A stretch of DNA of 64,000 bases, taken from contig CAWDLW010000011.1 in NCBI GenBank assembly GCA_963803145.1, forward strand, positions 1 to 64,000, written 5' to 3'. The translations under genes were made by a program, and so were the position numbers. Every line of letters begins with the position of its first letter. Position 1 is the stretch's first letter. The notes below the pieces were generated by a model. It saw nothing but the letters and a program-made list of their open reading frames with translations. It had not been told where the DNA came from and searched no databases. Shown piece after piece: positions 39,272 to 49,478 of the stretch. This DNA is from Methanotrichaceae archaeon (GTDB taxonomy: Archaea; Halobacteriota; Methanosarcinia; Methanotrichales; Methanotrichaceae).

Positions 39272-40494
39272 TCCGCATCGCGGAGCTTGCCTGCGGCCCC
39301 GAATATAGCGGCATACAAAAGGAGATAGAGCGTGCGGCCGTTACTGTCGGAGCTAAAATAATCTATCCCGAGGTCTCTTTAGAGGATATCCTTGATGTCG
39401 AGAAGAAGTTCGGAGTAAAGGTCGCCTCAGGAGATCTAAACCTCGCTATAGCTAGAGCTGTTCGGATCGTAGAGAATCCTGATTTGGCTGACGCCGTAAT
39501 AGTCATGACCTGCTTCCGTTGTGCCGAAGCAGCCATCATCAGATCCGAGATACGGAAGTTCATACATGAGCGGTCGAAGATTCCCGTTCTGAGCTATTCC
39601 TTCACCGAGAGGACTACCGCTGAGACGCTTCTCACAAGGATGGAGGCTCTTGTCACAACTGTGAAATACCGAAGCCTTCTCGCACGAGAGAGCCAGAAGG
39701 GCTTAACTGCTGGAATCGATTCTGGATCTACAACCACCAAATCCGTTGTAATGAGGGATAACCAGGTTATAGGCACAGGCTGGGTTCCCACGACAGAGGT
39801 GCTAAAGAGCGCTGAGGATGCCTATAACGCTGCCCTCAATGAGGCAGGCATCAAGAGAGAGGATGTGCAGGCCATTGGAGTAACGGGCTATGGACGTTTC
39901 CTCGTCGGCAAACACTTCAATGCGAGGCTAATTCAGGAGGAGATCACAGTCAACTCGAAGGGTGCCGTTTTCCTGGCTGATACCCAGAAAGGTCCATCAA
40001 CTGTCATAGATATCGGCGGAATGGATAACAAGGCAATCTCTGTTCAGGATGGAATACCTGGGGGATTCACTATGGGCGGAATCTGCGCCGGGGCCTCAGG
40101 AAGATTCCTTGAGCTGACGGCCCGCAGATTAGGCGTAGATATAACAGAGCTTGGAAAGCTTGCCTTAAAGGGCAATTATGAGAACGTTGTCATGAACAGC
40201 TACTGTATAGTCTTCGGCACTCAAAGCCTTGTTAACAGCCTATCCATGGGCTGCAAGCCTGAGGATGTGGCCATGGCTGCCTGCCATAGCGTGGCAGAGC
40301 AGGTTTATGAGCAGCAGCTCCAAGAAGTCGAGGTCAAAGAGCCAGTAATAATGGTGGGCGGAACTTCCTTAATAGAGGGACTGCCAAAGGCCATGGAGCA
40401 GCTTCTCGGCATCAAGGTAATAGTGCCAAAGTATGCCCAGTATATTGGAGCTGTAGGCGCCGCACTCCTCGTCTCAGGGCTGCTGGAGGGCTGA
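39268..40494 (+). CDS. mmp15: Methanogenesis marker protein 15 (ASKHA activase-like)
   Basis: [32 protein letters not shown] and [10 protein letters not shown] motifs. Confidence 0.92.
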   Translation: MIRIAELACGPEYSGIQKEIERAAVTVGAKIIYPEVSLEDILDVEKKFGVKVASGDLNLAIARAVRIVENPDLADAVIVMTCFRCAEAAIIRSEIRKFIHERSKIPVLSYSFTERTTAETLLTRMEALVTTVKYRSLLARESQKGLTAGIDSGSTTTKSVVMRDNQVIGTGWVPTTEVLKSAEDAYNAALNEAGIKREDVQAIGVTGYGRFLVGKHFNARLIQEEITVNSKGAVFLADTQKGPSTVIDIGGMDNKAISVQDGIPGGFTMGGICAGASGRFLELTARRLGVDITELGKLALKGNYENVVMNSYCIVFGTQSLVNSLSMGCKPEDVAMAACHSVAEQVYEQQLQEVEVKEPVIMVGGTSLIEGLPKAMEQLLGIKVIVPKYAQYIGAVGAALLVSGLLEG

Positions 40495-40495
40495 G

Positions 40496-41077
40496 ATGGC
40501 TGAGATGGAGCCGATGGAGGTCTTCAAAGTCGAAGTAAATGGCGATGAGGAGTTCGGGAAGAGGAAGTACAGAGAGCTGATCATGGATATCCTCCAGGAT
40601 CTGGGAATCATCAGGTCGATCGGCCGACTTTATGTTTACATTGATATAAAACGTCCTGCGTTTGCTGTTTACGGCATCCTTCGAGGCGGTATACCACCTC
40701 TCCGCATCATAGACGTGGGAGATGTTGTGAAGTATGGGGCAGGTTATCAAATAAAAGTCAATGATGAGGAGCATATGGCAGATTTACTCAAGGCCCTCTG
40801 GGCGAACTATGGCAGAGAGCGCGTTGATCAACCTGCCAGGGATACGGTGATCATAGCCTCGGATACTTCGCCCTCCGATCTTGTTGTTGCAGATGTTGAG
40901 TCCGAGTTTCGTCAGGATCTGACTGATGCGCTCATCAGGGTGGCTCCTGAAGGCTTCCGCAACAGAAGGAATGAGATGGGTGATAGGAACTTCTTCTTTA
41001 TAGCTGCCGAGGAAACTCTGACGCCTGAGCTGATTTCTGATATAAAAGAGAAGATCAGGAGCATGGAGAATGCTTGA
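40496..41077 (+). CDS. mmp17: Methanogenesis marker protein 17
   Basis: YGRERVDQPAR...RVAPEGFR; cluster position. Confidence 0.85.
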   Translation: MAEMEPMEVFKVEVNGDEEFGKRKYRELIMDILQDLGIIRSIGRLYVYIDIKRPAFAVYGILRGGIPPLRIIDVGDVVKYGAGYQIKVNDEEHMADLLKALWANYGRERVDQPARDTVIIASDTSPSDLVVADVESEFRQDLTDALIRVAPEGFRNRRNEMGDRNFFFIAAEETLTPELISDIKEKIRSMENA

Positions 41078-41993
41078 GCCTGTAATGTTCACCGGGGGGG
41101 TGTACAAACACGACCTGGTCATGGAACTGGTCGATGATTTAGGGGGCTACATTCTTCAGAAAAATGTAGCACAAAGCGAGGTGATACTGCTATTACTGGT
41201 TCCCTCTGAGGACATGCAGACTCTGGAGGCTTTATCAAAGGAGCTAAGAGGAGAGCTTGTTAGGGCACCTCTTGCGGGAACTGAAGTGGCAGTCGTTACG
41301 CCAACGCTTGCCATTCATCATTTGCCTCATACTGCATGCGATATTGCCGAATACCTGCGCAGGAATGGCGCCAAATCGAATATGATCGGCCTAGCCCGCG
41401 GAGTCGGCCGCGAGATCGCCCAGATAAACGAGTACGAGGCGGCTCTAATAAATGAGCACGATGCGGCAGTCTTCATATTCGGAAACTTCGCCGAATGCAT
41501 CCGAAAAAAGGAAAATCTCTACAGAAATATCAGCGTGCCTGTCGTTGTCACAGGCGGTCCAGAGATCCCTAAGGAGGATATGCCATATGCCTTCGAGTAC
41601 GTGCCATCTGTTGGAAGGATAGCCCATAGGGCCAGGAAGGCGACGGAAATAGGCACACTTGACCTGATCATAGATGCAGCCGGACACGCTTTGGATAAGA
41701 CAAGAGCTGATATCGCCAAGGATCCTTTGACCACATCGCCTCCACGTGTCATGAATGCCGTACGGGAGCAGGTTCCTGAGGTGGAGTACTCATTCTCGCC
41801 ACTGCCTATTGCGCTCAATCTTACGGGCGTAAGGGTAAAGCTGCCATTTGGAGAATACGTGGATCGCGTAAAGGCTGTCAGGTTCGATGAAGGCTTGACA
41901 TTGGGCGAGATCGCTACGATAAAACCCTCCCGGATGAAAAGCTATATACTCGTGAGAATATTGCCTGCATCCGAGACTGGCTTTGTGTTTTAA
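41070..41993 (+). CDS. mmp7: Methanogenesis marker protein 7
   Basis: FTGGVYKH, HHLPHTACDIAEYLRR and GLARGVGR motifs. Confidence 0.92.
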   Translation: MLEPVMFTGGVYKHDLVMELVDDLGGYILQKNVAQSEVILLLLVPSEDMQTLEALSKELRGELVRAPLAGTEVAVVTPTLAIHHLPHTACDIAEYLRRNGAKSNMIGLARGVGREIAQINEYEAALINEHDAAVFIFGNFAECIRKKENLYRNISVPVVVTGGPEIPKEDMPYAFEYVPSVGRIAHRARKATEIGTLDLIIDAAGHALDKTRADIAKDPLTTSPPRVMNAVREQVPEVEYSFSPLPIALNLTGVRVKLPFGEYVDRVKAVRFDEGLTLGEIATIKPSRMKSYILVRILPASETGFVF

Positions 41994-42014
41994 AAGGCCA
42001 CAATAGGTGAGACA

Positions 42015-42455
42015 ATGAGCTTTGAGGATGACCTAGATCGCATTCTAGAGAAAGGGGTTGAAAAATCAGCAGATGACATGATCAATGCCGTGGAGAGCGC
42101 CTACGGAGAGGTCCCTTATGTTTTCCACTTCATGAAGGATCACCCTGAGCTTCTGATAACCAAAATCCTTCACAATAATGCCATCCTTAGGAGCTCAACC
42201 CTTGATGCGAAGACGGTGGAGCTGATATCTGTAGCAGTAAGTGCAGCTTTGCGATGCACTCACTGCCTGAGGCTTCATATCCATGTTGCTTCAAACCTGG
42301 GGATTCCTGATGACCAGATCGCTGCAGTGATATTCCTAGCAGGGAATCTTGTGAACGCAAGTGTCCTCGCGACTGCCACACGTCACTTAGATGAGGAACG
42401 TGAGATCTGCAGGGACTGTGAGATGGGGACTTGCGGGGTTCATTTGGATAAGTAG
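42015..42455 (+). CDS. Carboxymuconolactone decarboxylase/AhpD family protein
   Basis: ELISVAVSAALRCTHCLRLH motif. Confidence 0.88.
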   Translation: MSFEDDLDRILEKGVEKSADDMINAVESAYGEVPYVFHFMKDHPELLITKILHNNAILRSSTLDAKTVELISVAVSAALRCTHCLRLHIHVASNLGIPDDQIAAVIFLAGNLVNASVLATATRHLDEEREICRDCEMGTCGVHLDK

Positions 42456-42494
42456 AATTTACTAGGTAATTACTATTTTTATAGTTCTGCTATC

Positions 42495-42788
42495 ATGGGC
42501 TCAGATAACCAAAATTTTCCTAATGCCAAATGGTGGGAGTCAGCTGAAGACCATAGATTCGCACTTGAGGTTTTGCAGCTCAGGATGAGACGCCAAATAC
42601 TGAAGTTCATTGGTTCAAGCATTAGGACAAAAGAGGAGATAGCAAAAGAATTTGGCCTAAGTGCTGAGCAGGCCGAGTATCATTTGGCTTTGTTGGAAAA
42701 GGCATTAGCGATCGAGCATATTGAATGCTGTTACAGGGCCACGCCTACTGGCATTCTTTATCTGGAAAATGTAGAATCAAAGCGTTAA
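42495..42788 (+). CDS. ArsR-like winged-helix protein
   Basis: RRQILKFI...EEIAKEFGLS...YHLALLEKA...YRATPTG. Confidence 0.8.
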   Translation: MGSDNQNFPNAKWWESAEDHRFALEVLQLRMRRQILKFIGSSIRTKEEIAKEFGLSAEQAEYHLALLEKALAIEHIECCYRATPTGILYLENVESKR

Positions 42789-42905
42789 TCTAGTGTATCC
42801 CCGTCTCTTTATTACTATTCCTATTATCGTTCATGGCCAAAAGAAATTTATATTTGGCAGTAGTAAAAATTGATTAAATTCAAATTTCTAGGCAAGTGAG
42901 GGATC

Positions 42906-43346
42906 ATGGGATTCATAAGCGAATTCAAAGAGTTCGCCATGAAGGGCAATGTCCTGGATATGGCTATTGGCATCATCATTGGAATAGCCTTTGGAAGCAT
43001 CATCAGCTCTCTGGTGAAAGATATTATTATGCCTCCGTTAGGATTGATTTTAGGCAATGTTGACTTCACTGATTTGTTCATCTCCCTAAATGGGCAAAGC
43101 TACCCATCATTGGCAGCGGCACAGGCGGCAGGCGCACCAACAATAAACTACGGAGTCTTCATCAATACGATCATCAACTTTCTGATAATTGCCCTTGCCA
43201 TATTCCTGGTCATAAGACAGATCAACGCCATGAAGAAAAAGCCTGAGGAAAAGGCTCCAGATACAAAAAAATGTCCATATTGCAAGGAAAGCATATCCAA
43301 GGATGCAGTTCGCTGCCCTCACTGCACATCTGATTTGAAGGCGTGA
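42906..43346 (+). CDS. mscL: Large-conductance mechanosensitive channel with C-terminal Zn ribbon
   Basis: [21 protein letters not shown]; CPYC...RCPHC tail. Confidence 0.95.
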   Translation: MGFISEFKEFAMKGNVLDMAIGIIIGIAFGSIISSLVKDIIMPPLGLILGNVDFTDLFISLNGQSYPSLAAAQAAGAPTINYGVFINTIINFLIIALAIFLVIRQINAMKKKPEEKAPDTKKCPYCKESISKDAVRCPHCTSDLKA

Positions 43347-43640
43347 ATCTTAAATTCTATATTTCTAGCATCTATATTTTCAATATTACTCTTTGAGATT
43401 TATTCTTAGTTCTAGCTTTTATAATAACCCTCTTTTCATGGGTTCGCCATAATATAAAATCAAATTCGTTTCTTGATAAAAGCAAGCAGATAAATTATAT
43501 ATCTGTATCTTTTTCGGCATGAGTCGATTGTTCTTTTGTTAATTTATCGCCAAATCTTCTTATAGTTTTAAACATATAAAAAGATATTTAGTTGTTTATA
43601 CAACCAAAAGCTCTAAGTGTGATCATGTTTTACCCATCTG

Positions 43641-46337
43641 TTGTACATGGCGACAGAGATTATTGCAGATACCTCTCTTCACAGCGGCAAAAATAGCCTT
43701 AAAGATGGAGAGATCTTGGACCTACTTGATGAGATCATCCGAGAATGGTGGATGAGATCTTTTTCGAGGTACGATGAGCTTTTCACCCCGCCTCAGCGCT
43801 TAGCAGTTCCTCTCATCCATGAGGGGAAAAATGTTCTCATCTGCTCACCCACAGGCTCAGGAAAAACCCTTTCAGCTTTCATCTCCATATTAAACCAGCT
43901 CTTTCTGCTTGCGAAGGACGAGGAGCTGGAGAATAGCGTTTACTGTCTTTATATATCTCCACTCAAATCCCTGGCCAACGACATTCATAAGAATCTGGAG
44001 CGTCCCCTTGCCGAGATTCGGGCATTGGCACGCGAGAAAGGAATCGAACCTCAGGAGATAAGGCACGCCATCAGGCATGGCGATATCTCCGCTCAGGATA
44101 AAGGCAAAATGTTGAGAAAGACGCCGCATATCCTGAACACGACACCTGAGAGCCTAGGAATCCTCCTAAGTGCTCCCCAGTTCAGAAAGAAGCTGAAGAC
44201 CGTTCGCTGGGTCATAGTTGACGAGATTCATTCTCTGGCAGGCTCAAAAAGGGGTGTTCATCTATCTGTAAGCCTTGAGCGGCTAGAGGAACTTAAATCT
44301 GAGCTTGTTCCAGAGATGGATCCTGGTGCAGGGAGCTTCGTTCGCATAGGCTGCTCTGCAACGATAGAACCGCTTGACGAAATAGCAGCATTCCTGGCTG
44401 GGAGCGGTAGGCCGGTTGAGATCGTCGATACCCGTTTCTCCCGGCAGTTCGATCTAAAGCTGCTCTGCCCTGTTCCAGATCTTATTTTCACGACTGCACG
44501 AGAGCTGAGCGATGGGCTCTACAGGATAGTTCATGAGCATATCCAGGAGCATAAGAATACTCTTATTTTTACTAACACCAGAAATGGCGCAGAGCGCGTT
44601 CTTTACAATTTGCGCTCCCGATACCCTGGATTCTACAACGAGCAAAACACAGGCTGTCATCACGGCTCAATGGGAAAGGAGGGCAGGCTTGAGACCGAGG
44701 ACAGACTGAAGGCAGGCTCTCTTAAGGTCGTTTGCTCCTCAACATCCCTGGAGCTTGGCATAGATATGCCTCATATCGATCTTGTGCTGCAGATCGGCTC
44801 GCCTAAATCTGTGGCAGCTCTACTTCAGCGAATAGGAAGGGCCGGTCACAGCTTGGATCAGGTTGTCAAGGGCAGGATAATTGTGCTAGACAGAGATGAG
44901 CTAATCGAGTGCGCTGTGATGCTCGAGAAGGGAAGATCGGGCTTCGTAGATAAAATCCATATTCCAACAAACTGTCTCGACGCGCTCTGCCAGCATCTTC
45001 TGGGCATGGTGCTGGAGAAGCCCTGGGATCTGGATGATGTCAGGCGGGTTGTAAGAAGATCCTATTGCTACCGCTACCTGAAGGAGGAGGATTTCAAAAG
45101 CGTTATCGATTACCTCTCAGGCAAGCACACAGGCCTTGCTGAGCGGCATATCTACGCCAAGATCTGGCATGATGACGCCTCAAATAAAATAGGCAAACGG
45201 GGCCGTAATGCCCGGATGATCTATTACACCAATACAGGAATGATCCCGGACCAGTTCTCCTGTGATGTCTTGACACGCGAGGGCCAATGGGTTGGAAGCC
45301 TTGACGAGAAGTATATGGAGAAGCTGGATAAGGGAGATGTGTTTGTAATCGGCGGAAGATCCTACCGCTTCTGCTATCGACGGGGAGGAAATGTTTACGT
45401 TGATTTAACTGCAGATCGGCCCAACATTCCTTCTTGGGTTTCAGAGAAGCTTCCGCTTTCATTCGATCTTGGGAATAACGTCCTCCGCTTCAAGAACGAT
45501 ATGGTCTGGATGATGAGAGCAAATGACAGCAATCACGTGATCCGCTGGCTTCTTGGGCAGTATCCTATAGATGATAACAGCGCCCGGTCGATCTATGAGA
45601 TCTTTCTTCACCAGATTGGCTATCTGGGAGAGGACTCCGTCTCCACTGATTGGCGATTGGTAATCGAGGAAGGTCGAGATCCCGAGAACGATCGAAGGGT
45701 ATTTTATTTCATGACCAATTACGGGGTGCGGTTCAATGACGGCTTCTCACGAATGGTTGCCTATTTGATCTCCAGGGAGAAGACGAGCAACGTCTATGTC
45801 TCAATCGTTGATTCGGGCTTTATGGTCTCTGTTCCGAAGACCAAAAAGGTGGACATCCGGGAGATACTGACGTCCATAGATGATGATAACTGTGAGGCTC
45901 TGCTGCATATGGCAATAGAGAACACGCATCTTCTGAAAAGCCTATTCAGAGTCAACGCATGCAGATGCTTCATGATTCTGCGAAACTACATGGGAAGGAG
46001 GAAGAGCGCCCGGAGGCAGCAGGTCAGTGCTGATATGCTTATTTACTTCGCTCGCAAGCTCGATAGGTTTGCAGTCCTAGAGGAGAGCTACCGGGAAATA
46101 ATAGAGGATAGGTTCGAAGTTGAGAATATCAAGGAGATCCTTCGCGGCATACAGTCGGGCGATATTCAGGTTGTGCTGAAAAAGGCTGATTCGCCAAGCC
46201 CAATGGCCTTCGGAATAGCGACAGTTGGCGCGAGCGATGTCATCCTCGCAGAGGACAGGCTCTCACTTCTAAAGGAGTTCCATAAACGGGTCATGGAGAA
46301 GATCGGCAATGGTGATGCAATAGAGGGCATGAGCTAG
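43641..46337 (+). CDS. lhr: Lhr-like ATP-dependent helicase (Lhr-core)
   Basis: SPTGSGKT, DEIH, SAT, HHGS, SLELGID and QRIGRAGH motifs. Confidence 0.92.
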   Translation: MYMATEIIADTSLHSGKNSLKDGEILDLLDEIIREWWMRSFSRYDELFTPPQRLAVPLIHEGKNVLICSPTGSGKTLSAFISILNQLFLLAKDEELENSVYCLYISPLKSLANDIHKNLERPLAEIRALAREKGIEPQEIRHAIRHGDISAQDKGKMLRKTPHILNTTPESLGILLSAPQFRKKLKTVRWVIVDEIHSLAGSKRGVHLSVSLERLEELKSELVPEMDPGAGSFVRIGCSATIEPLDEIAAFLAGSGRPVEIVDTRFSRQFDLKLLCPVPDLIFTTARELSDGLYRIVHEHIQEHKNTLIFTNTRNGAERVLYNLRSRYPGFYNEQNTGCHHGSMGKEGRLETEDRLKAGSLKVVCSSTSLELGIDMPHIDLVLQIGSPKSVAALLQRIGRAGHSLDQVVKGRIIVLDRDELIECAVMLEKGRSGFVDKIHIPTNCLDALCQHLLGMVLEKPWDLDDVRRVVRRSYCYRYLKEEDFKSVIDYLSGKHTGLAERHIYAKIWHDDASNKIGKRGRNARMIYYTNTGMIPDQFSCDVLTREGQWVGSLDEKYMEKLDKGDVFVIGGRSYRFCYRRGGNVYVDLTADRPNIPSWVSEKLPLSFDLGNNVLRFKNDMVWMMRANDSNHVIRWLLGQYPIDDNSARSIYEIFLHQIGYLGEDSVSTDWRLVIEEGRDPENDRRVFYFMTNYGVRFNDGFSRMVAYLISREKTSNVYVSIVDSGFMVSVPKTKKVDIREILTSIDDDNCEALLHMAIENTHLLKSLFRVNACRCFMILRNYMGRRKSARRQQVSADMLIYFARKLDRFAVLEESYREIIEDRFEVENIKEILRGIQSGDIQVVLKKADSPSPMAFGIATVGASDVILAEDRLSLLKEFHKRVMEKIGNGDAIEGMS

Positions 46338-46350
46338 AGGGCTTGAGCTA

Positions 46351-47052
46351 ATGGATTTTGAGAAGCGCTTCGGCTTCCTAAACGGCTGCCTTTTTATTCG
46401 TGAGGCAGGGATCTGTGTTGCTTCCGACCTTCATATCGGCCTTGAGGATGAGCTTCGTCGCCAAGGACTCGCATTTCCTTTGAAGGAGAAGCAAATGCTT
46501 TTGGGCCGGCTTGAGGAGGCACTGATTGCGTTCAAGCCCTCCGTGTTCGTTCTGGCAGGAGATATCTTCCATTCTTTTGATAGATTGGATAACCATGTGA
46601 AGGATAAGTTCGATTCGATAATGAGCATGCTTGAAGGGCAATGCAAGGTTATACTGCTGCGAGGATCTCACGACACGATGCTCTCCTCATTGAGCCTGGA
46701 ATCCTTAGAGCGGTATGATGCGGACGGCTTCACATTCATTCATGGGCATGATATTATTAGTAATCATAGTAATATCGTCCTTGGCCATGAGCATCCTGTG
46801 ATCCAGATCGAAATGGAGCGTCTGCCCTGCTTCCTTTTCGGAGAGAAGGTGATCAATGGCAAAGATCTCTTTGTTCTGCCTGCCTTCAATCCTCTCTGCC
46901 AGGGTGTGATGATAAACCATGTGGAAGGCAGGGATATGCTTTCGCCTCTGCTCAAAAAAGTGAATGTTGAGGAGCTTTGTCCAATTGTCGAGGTGCAGGG
47001 GGAGGTGCTGGCATTTCCGAAGCTGCGAGGGCTGAGAAGACATATTGGATAA
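46351..47052 (+). CDS. Metallophosphoesterase (Lhr-associated MPE)
   Basis: DLHIG, GDIFH, GSHD, HGH, GHEHP and LPAFNP motifs. Confidence 0.9.
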   Translation: MDFEKRFGFLNGCLFIREAGICVASDLHIGLEDELRRQGLAFPLKEKQMLLGRLEEALIAFKPSVFVLAGDIFHSFDRLDNHVKDKFDSIMSMLEGQCKVILLRGSHDTMLSSLSLESLERYDADGFTFIHGHDIISNHSNIVLGHEHPVIQIEMERLPCFLFGEKVINGKDLFVLPAFNPLCQGVMINHVEGRDMLSPLLKKVNVEELCPIVEVQGEVLAFPKLRGLRRHIG

Positions 47053-47145
47053 TAATTTGTTAGAGCATTTACAAATCTTTTTATGCTATAATACGTAACA
47101 AACAAAAATAGCTCTGTTAAGAGACTGAGTTAGGAACGATATGTA

Positions 47146-48213
47146 ATGGTTGCTGATGCGCAATCTGCCGATGAATCAAATCAGGAAGAAATTGAGCGAG
47201 GCAAGCAATTAATTAAAGAGTTGGCGAAAATACTTAGAATGCTTCCTGATCAAGATATAGGTAAATTACTGGGTATAGGGGAGATAGAAGATCTTTTGGT
47301 GGCAATCCTAGATCCATCAACCGTGGAGAATTATCCTACCTATGCAGAATTCTTTTTCAAAAATAAGAGAAGATCTGTTATTTTCGCCCATATGTCGTAT
47401 ATTATTAATCAGAGGTTTTGCTTTAGGGGCAAAAAAGACGGAAATGTGCGTTATATTTCACCAGATATCCACCAATGGTTCGATGACGGAATTATGCTTT
47501 TAATAGGCAAAGAGCCTTTTACTAGATTTATTACTCTATATCGCAATAAGGAACTGCGTGTCGCTATTGCAAGCCGCGATATCGAAAAAGGCGAGGATAT
47601 TAGGCCTGAAGATCTTAAATTTATAAAAATCAACGAATTAAAAGAGTATGTTAAGACTATACCCCCTAAGCAAATTAACGATTTAGAGAGGCCAATCAGG
47701 GAGTTAATGAAGCTGATCGATAGAAATGAGAGTGATGAATCAAGATATCAAAGATTACTCGAAGAATATCCTTGGGTATTTGGCGCTGAATACTCAGCAA
47801 TACAGAGACATGAGTACCTCGATGATGAAAACATACCTGATTTTACCGGAATTAAGGTAAGCGATAGTTCTAGAGATATCTTTGAACTCAAGCCTCCAAC
47901 GATGAAAATCTTTACCAAGAGCGGAGATTTTGCGTTAGATTTCTATAATGCGTGGAACCAGGCGGAAAGGTATTTGGATTTTACTCATCGAAATGATGAT
48001 TATCTTCGAAAAGAAAAAGGAAGAATCTTTGATAATCCCAAATGCTATTTGATTCTCGGTTGGAATCTTTCTAAAGTAGAGCTCGAAAAGATACGTATTA
48101 AAGAAAGAGGGAATCCCTCAATACGCCTGCTTACCTATAACGATCTTATTGCCTTTATGGAATCAACAGTAACTCTCATAAAAGGATTAATCAGCAATAC
48201 TCAAACCCCATAA
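47146..48213 (+). CDS. sduA: Shedu-like anti-virus nuclease (DUF4263) with N-terminal extension
   Basis: ESRYQRLLEEYPWVFG, IPDF, ELKPP, NQAERY, LILG and LLTYNDL motifs; AT-rich relative to neighbours. Confidence 0.8.
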   Translation: MVADAQSADESNQEEIERGKQLIKELAKILRMLPDQDIGKLLGIGEIEDLLVAILDPSTVENYPTYAEFFFKNKRRSVIFAHMSYIINQRFCFRGKKDGNVRYISPDIHQWFDDGIMLLIGKEPFTRFITLYRNKELRVAIASRDIEKGEDIRPEDLKFIKINELKEYVKTIPPKQINDLERPIRELMKLIDRNESDESRYQRLLEEYPWVFGAEYSAIQRHEYLDDENIPDFTGIKVSDSSRDIFELKPPTMKIFTKSGDFALDFYNAWNQAERYLDFTHRNDDYLRKEKGRIFDNPKCYLILGWNLSKVELEKIRIKERGNPSIRLLTYNDLIAFMESTVTLIKGLISNTQTP

Positions 48214-48291
48214 AGCTAAGCGTAGCATAACGATAGTATAGCTTCGTTATTAGAGTATCGTGTCAGCTCCAGGGATGACTTGACCAAAAAC

Positions 48292-49278
48292 CTATGGACT
48301 CACACTACTACTCTCAGCGCCTTTATCCTCTATCGATTTCACCAGTGCATAAAGCGTTTCATTCGCTGGGACGCTTATCGCATGCTTCTTTGCAAGCCTG
48401 ATCACGTAGCCGTTTATGGAGTCTATCTCGGTCCTCCTTCCTTTGAGCACATCCTGAAGCATGCTCGATGTGTTCGTCGAAGTCTTTGAGGCAACAGAGT
48501 AAACAAACTTCCGAATCTTGCTTCTATCGAAATTTAGTCCTTCCTTTTCGGAAACGGCAACACATTCGTCTATAATCCTTTCCACAGTTCCTTCAAGGTG
48601 CTTTGAGAGCATAATGCCATTCTTTTCCCTTGTTATTGCAGTTATGGGATTTATTACAGCATTTGCGAAGAGCTTGTTCCATTGCTGGCTTCTGAAATCT
48701 TGGGCGAACTCAATTTCAAAGCCCTTCTCCTCAAATCGTGCCTTCATAAACTGCTTTATTTCTTCAGGGATCCTGTCCTCAAAAATAGTCAATCCTTTGC
48801 CCTTAAGCTCTATCAGACCGTCCTCCGAAAACACGACGCCGTTTGAAGTTACGCCCTCGAAGATCCTAACTGGAAGATTGAAGGTTTCTGCATTGCCCAT
48901 GCCGTTCATTAGCAGGATGAAGATGGAGTCTTTCAGCTTACTGCCAAGCATTCCAGATTCAATTACTTCCTGGCGAACTTTGGGAAGCGAATGGGTCTTA
49001 ACGCATACAACGACTACATCAGGGGAGAAGTCTGATTTCTCAAGTTCGTCGAGGCTGGAGAAGCAATGCTTAAATCTGAATGCTCTTCGCTCCTCAAAGA
49101 AGTTTATTTTAAGGCCCATCTCTTTTATCTTTTGGGTATGGCCTTTTCTTCCAAAGAGGCCTACATTCTCGATGGCTTTATCTTCAAGCTCATCGATCTC
49201 TGAGAGCAAATATCCAACAAGGGAGCCTATTGCGCCGGAGCCGTAAACCAGAACATTTGCCATGTAATCTCTTTTCAC
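48292..49278 (-). CDS. panE: 2-dehydropantoate 2-reductase (ketopantoate reductase)
   Basis: GSGAIG, WNKLFANAVINPITA and SSMLQDV...RTEIDSING motifs. Confidence 0.9.
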   Translation of the reverse strand: MKRDYMANVLVYGSGAIGSLVGYLLSEIDELEDKAIENVGLFGRKGHTQKIKEMGLKINFFEERRAFRFKHCFSSLDELEKSDFSPDVVVVCVKTHSLPKVRQEVIESGMLGSKLKDSIFILLMNGMGNAETFNLPVRIFEGVTSNGVVFSEDGLIELKGKGLTIFEDRIPEEIKQFMKARFEEKGFEIEFAQDFRSQQWNKLFANAVINPITAITREKNGIMLSKHLEGTVERIIDECVAVSEKEGLNFDRSKIRKFVYSVASKTSTNTSSMLQDVLKGRRTEIDSINGYVIRLAKKHAISVPANETLYALVKSIEDKGAESSSVSP

Positions 49279-49478
49279 TAGTCATTTACTTTTCTTTATA
49301 TAAATCTCATTAATGGCTCTGATGACACATTATATCGATAATAATAGTACTATTAAGTTTCTCCCCTTAAGCTCAATCAATTTGCGATAGATAGATAAAT
49401 GATCCGTTACATTCCAAGGAGCAAAGGCGGCAAATTAGGCTGCAATTAGACCGCAGCAGCGGCATATTTCTGGAGAGT

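Noticed and set aside
43641-47052. Lhr plus metallophosphoesterase as a novel system
   Set aside because: This is an already known conserved gene pair in archaea and bacteria.
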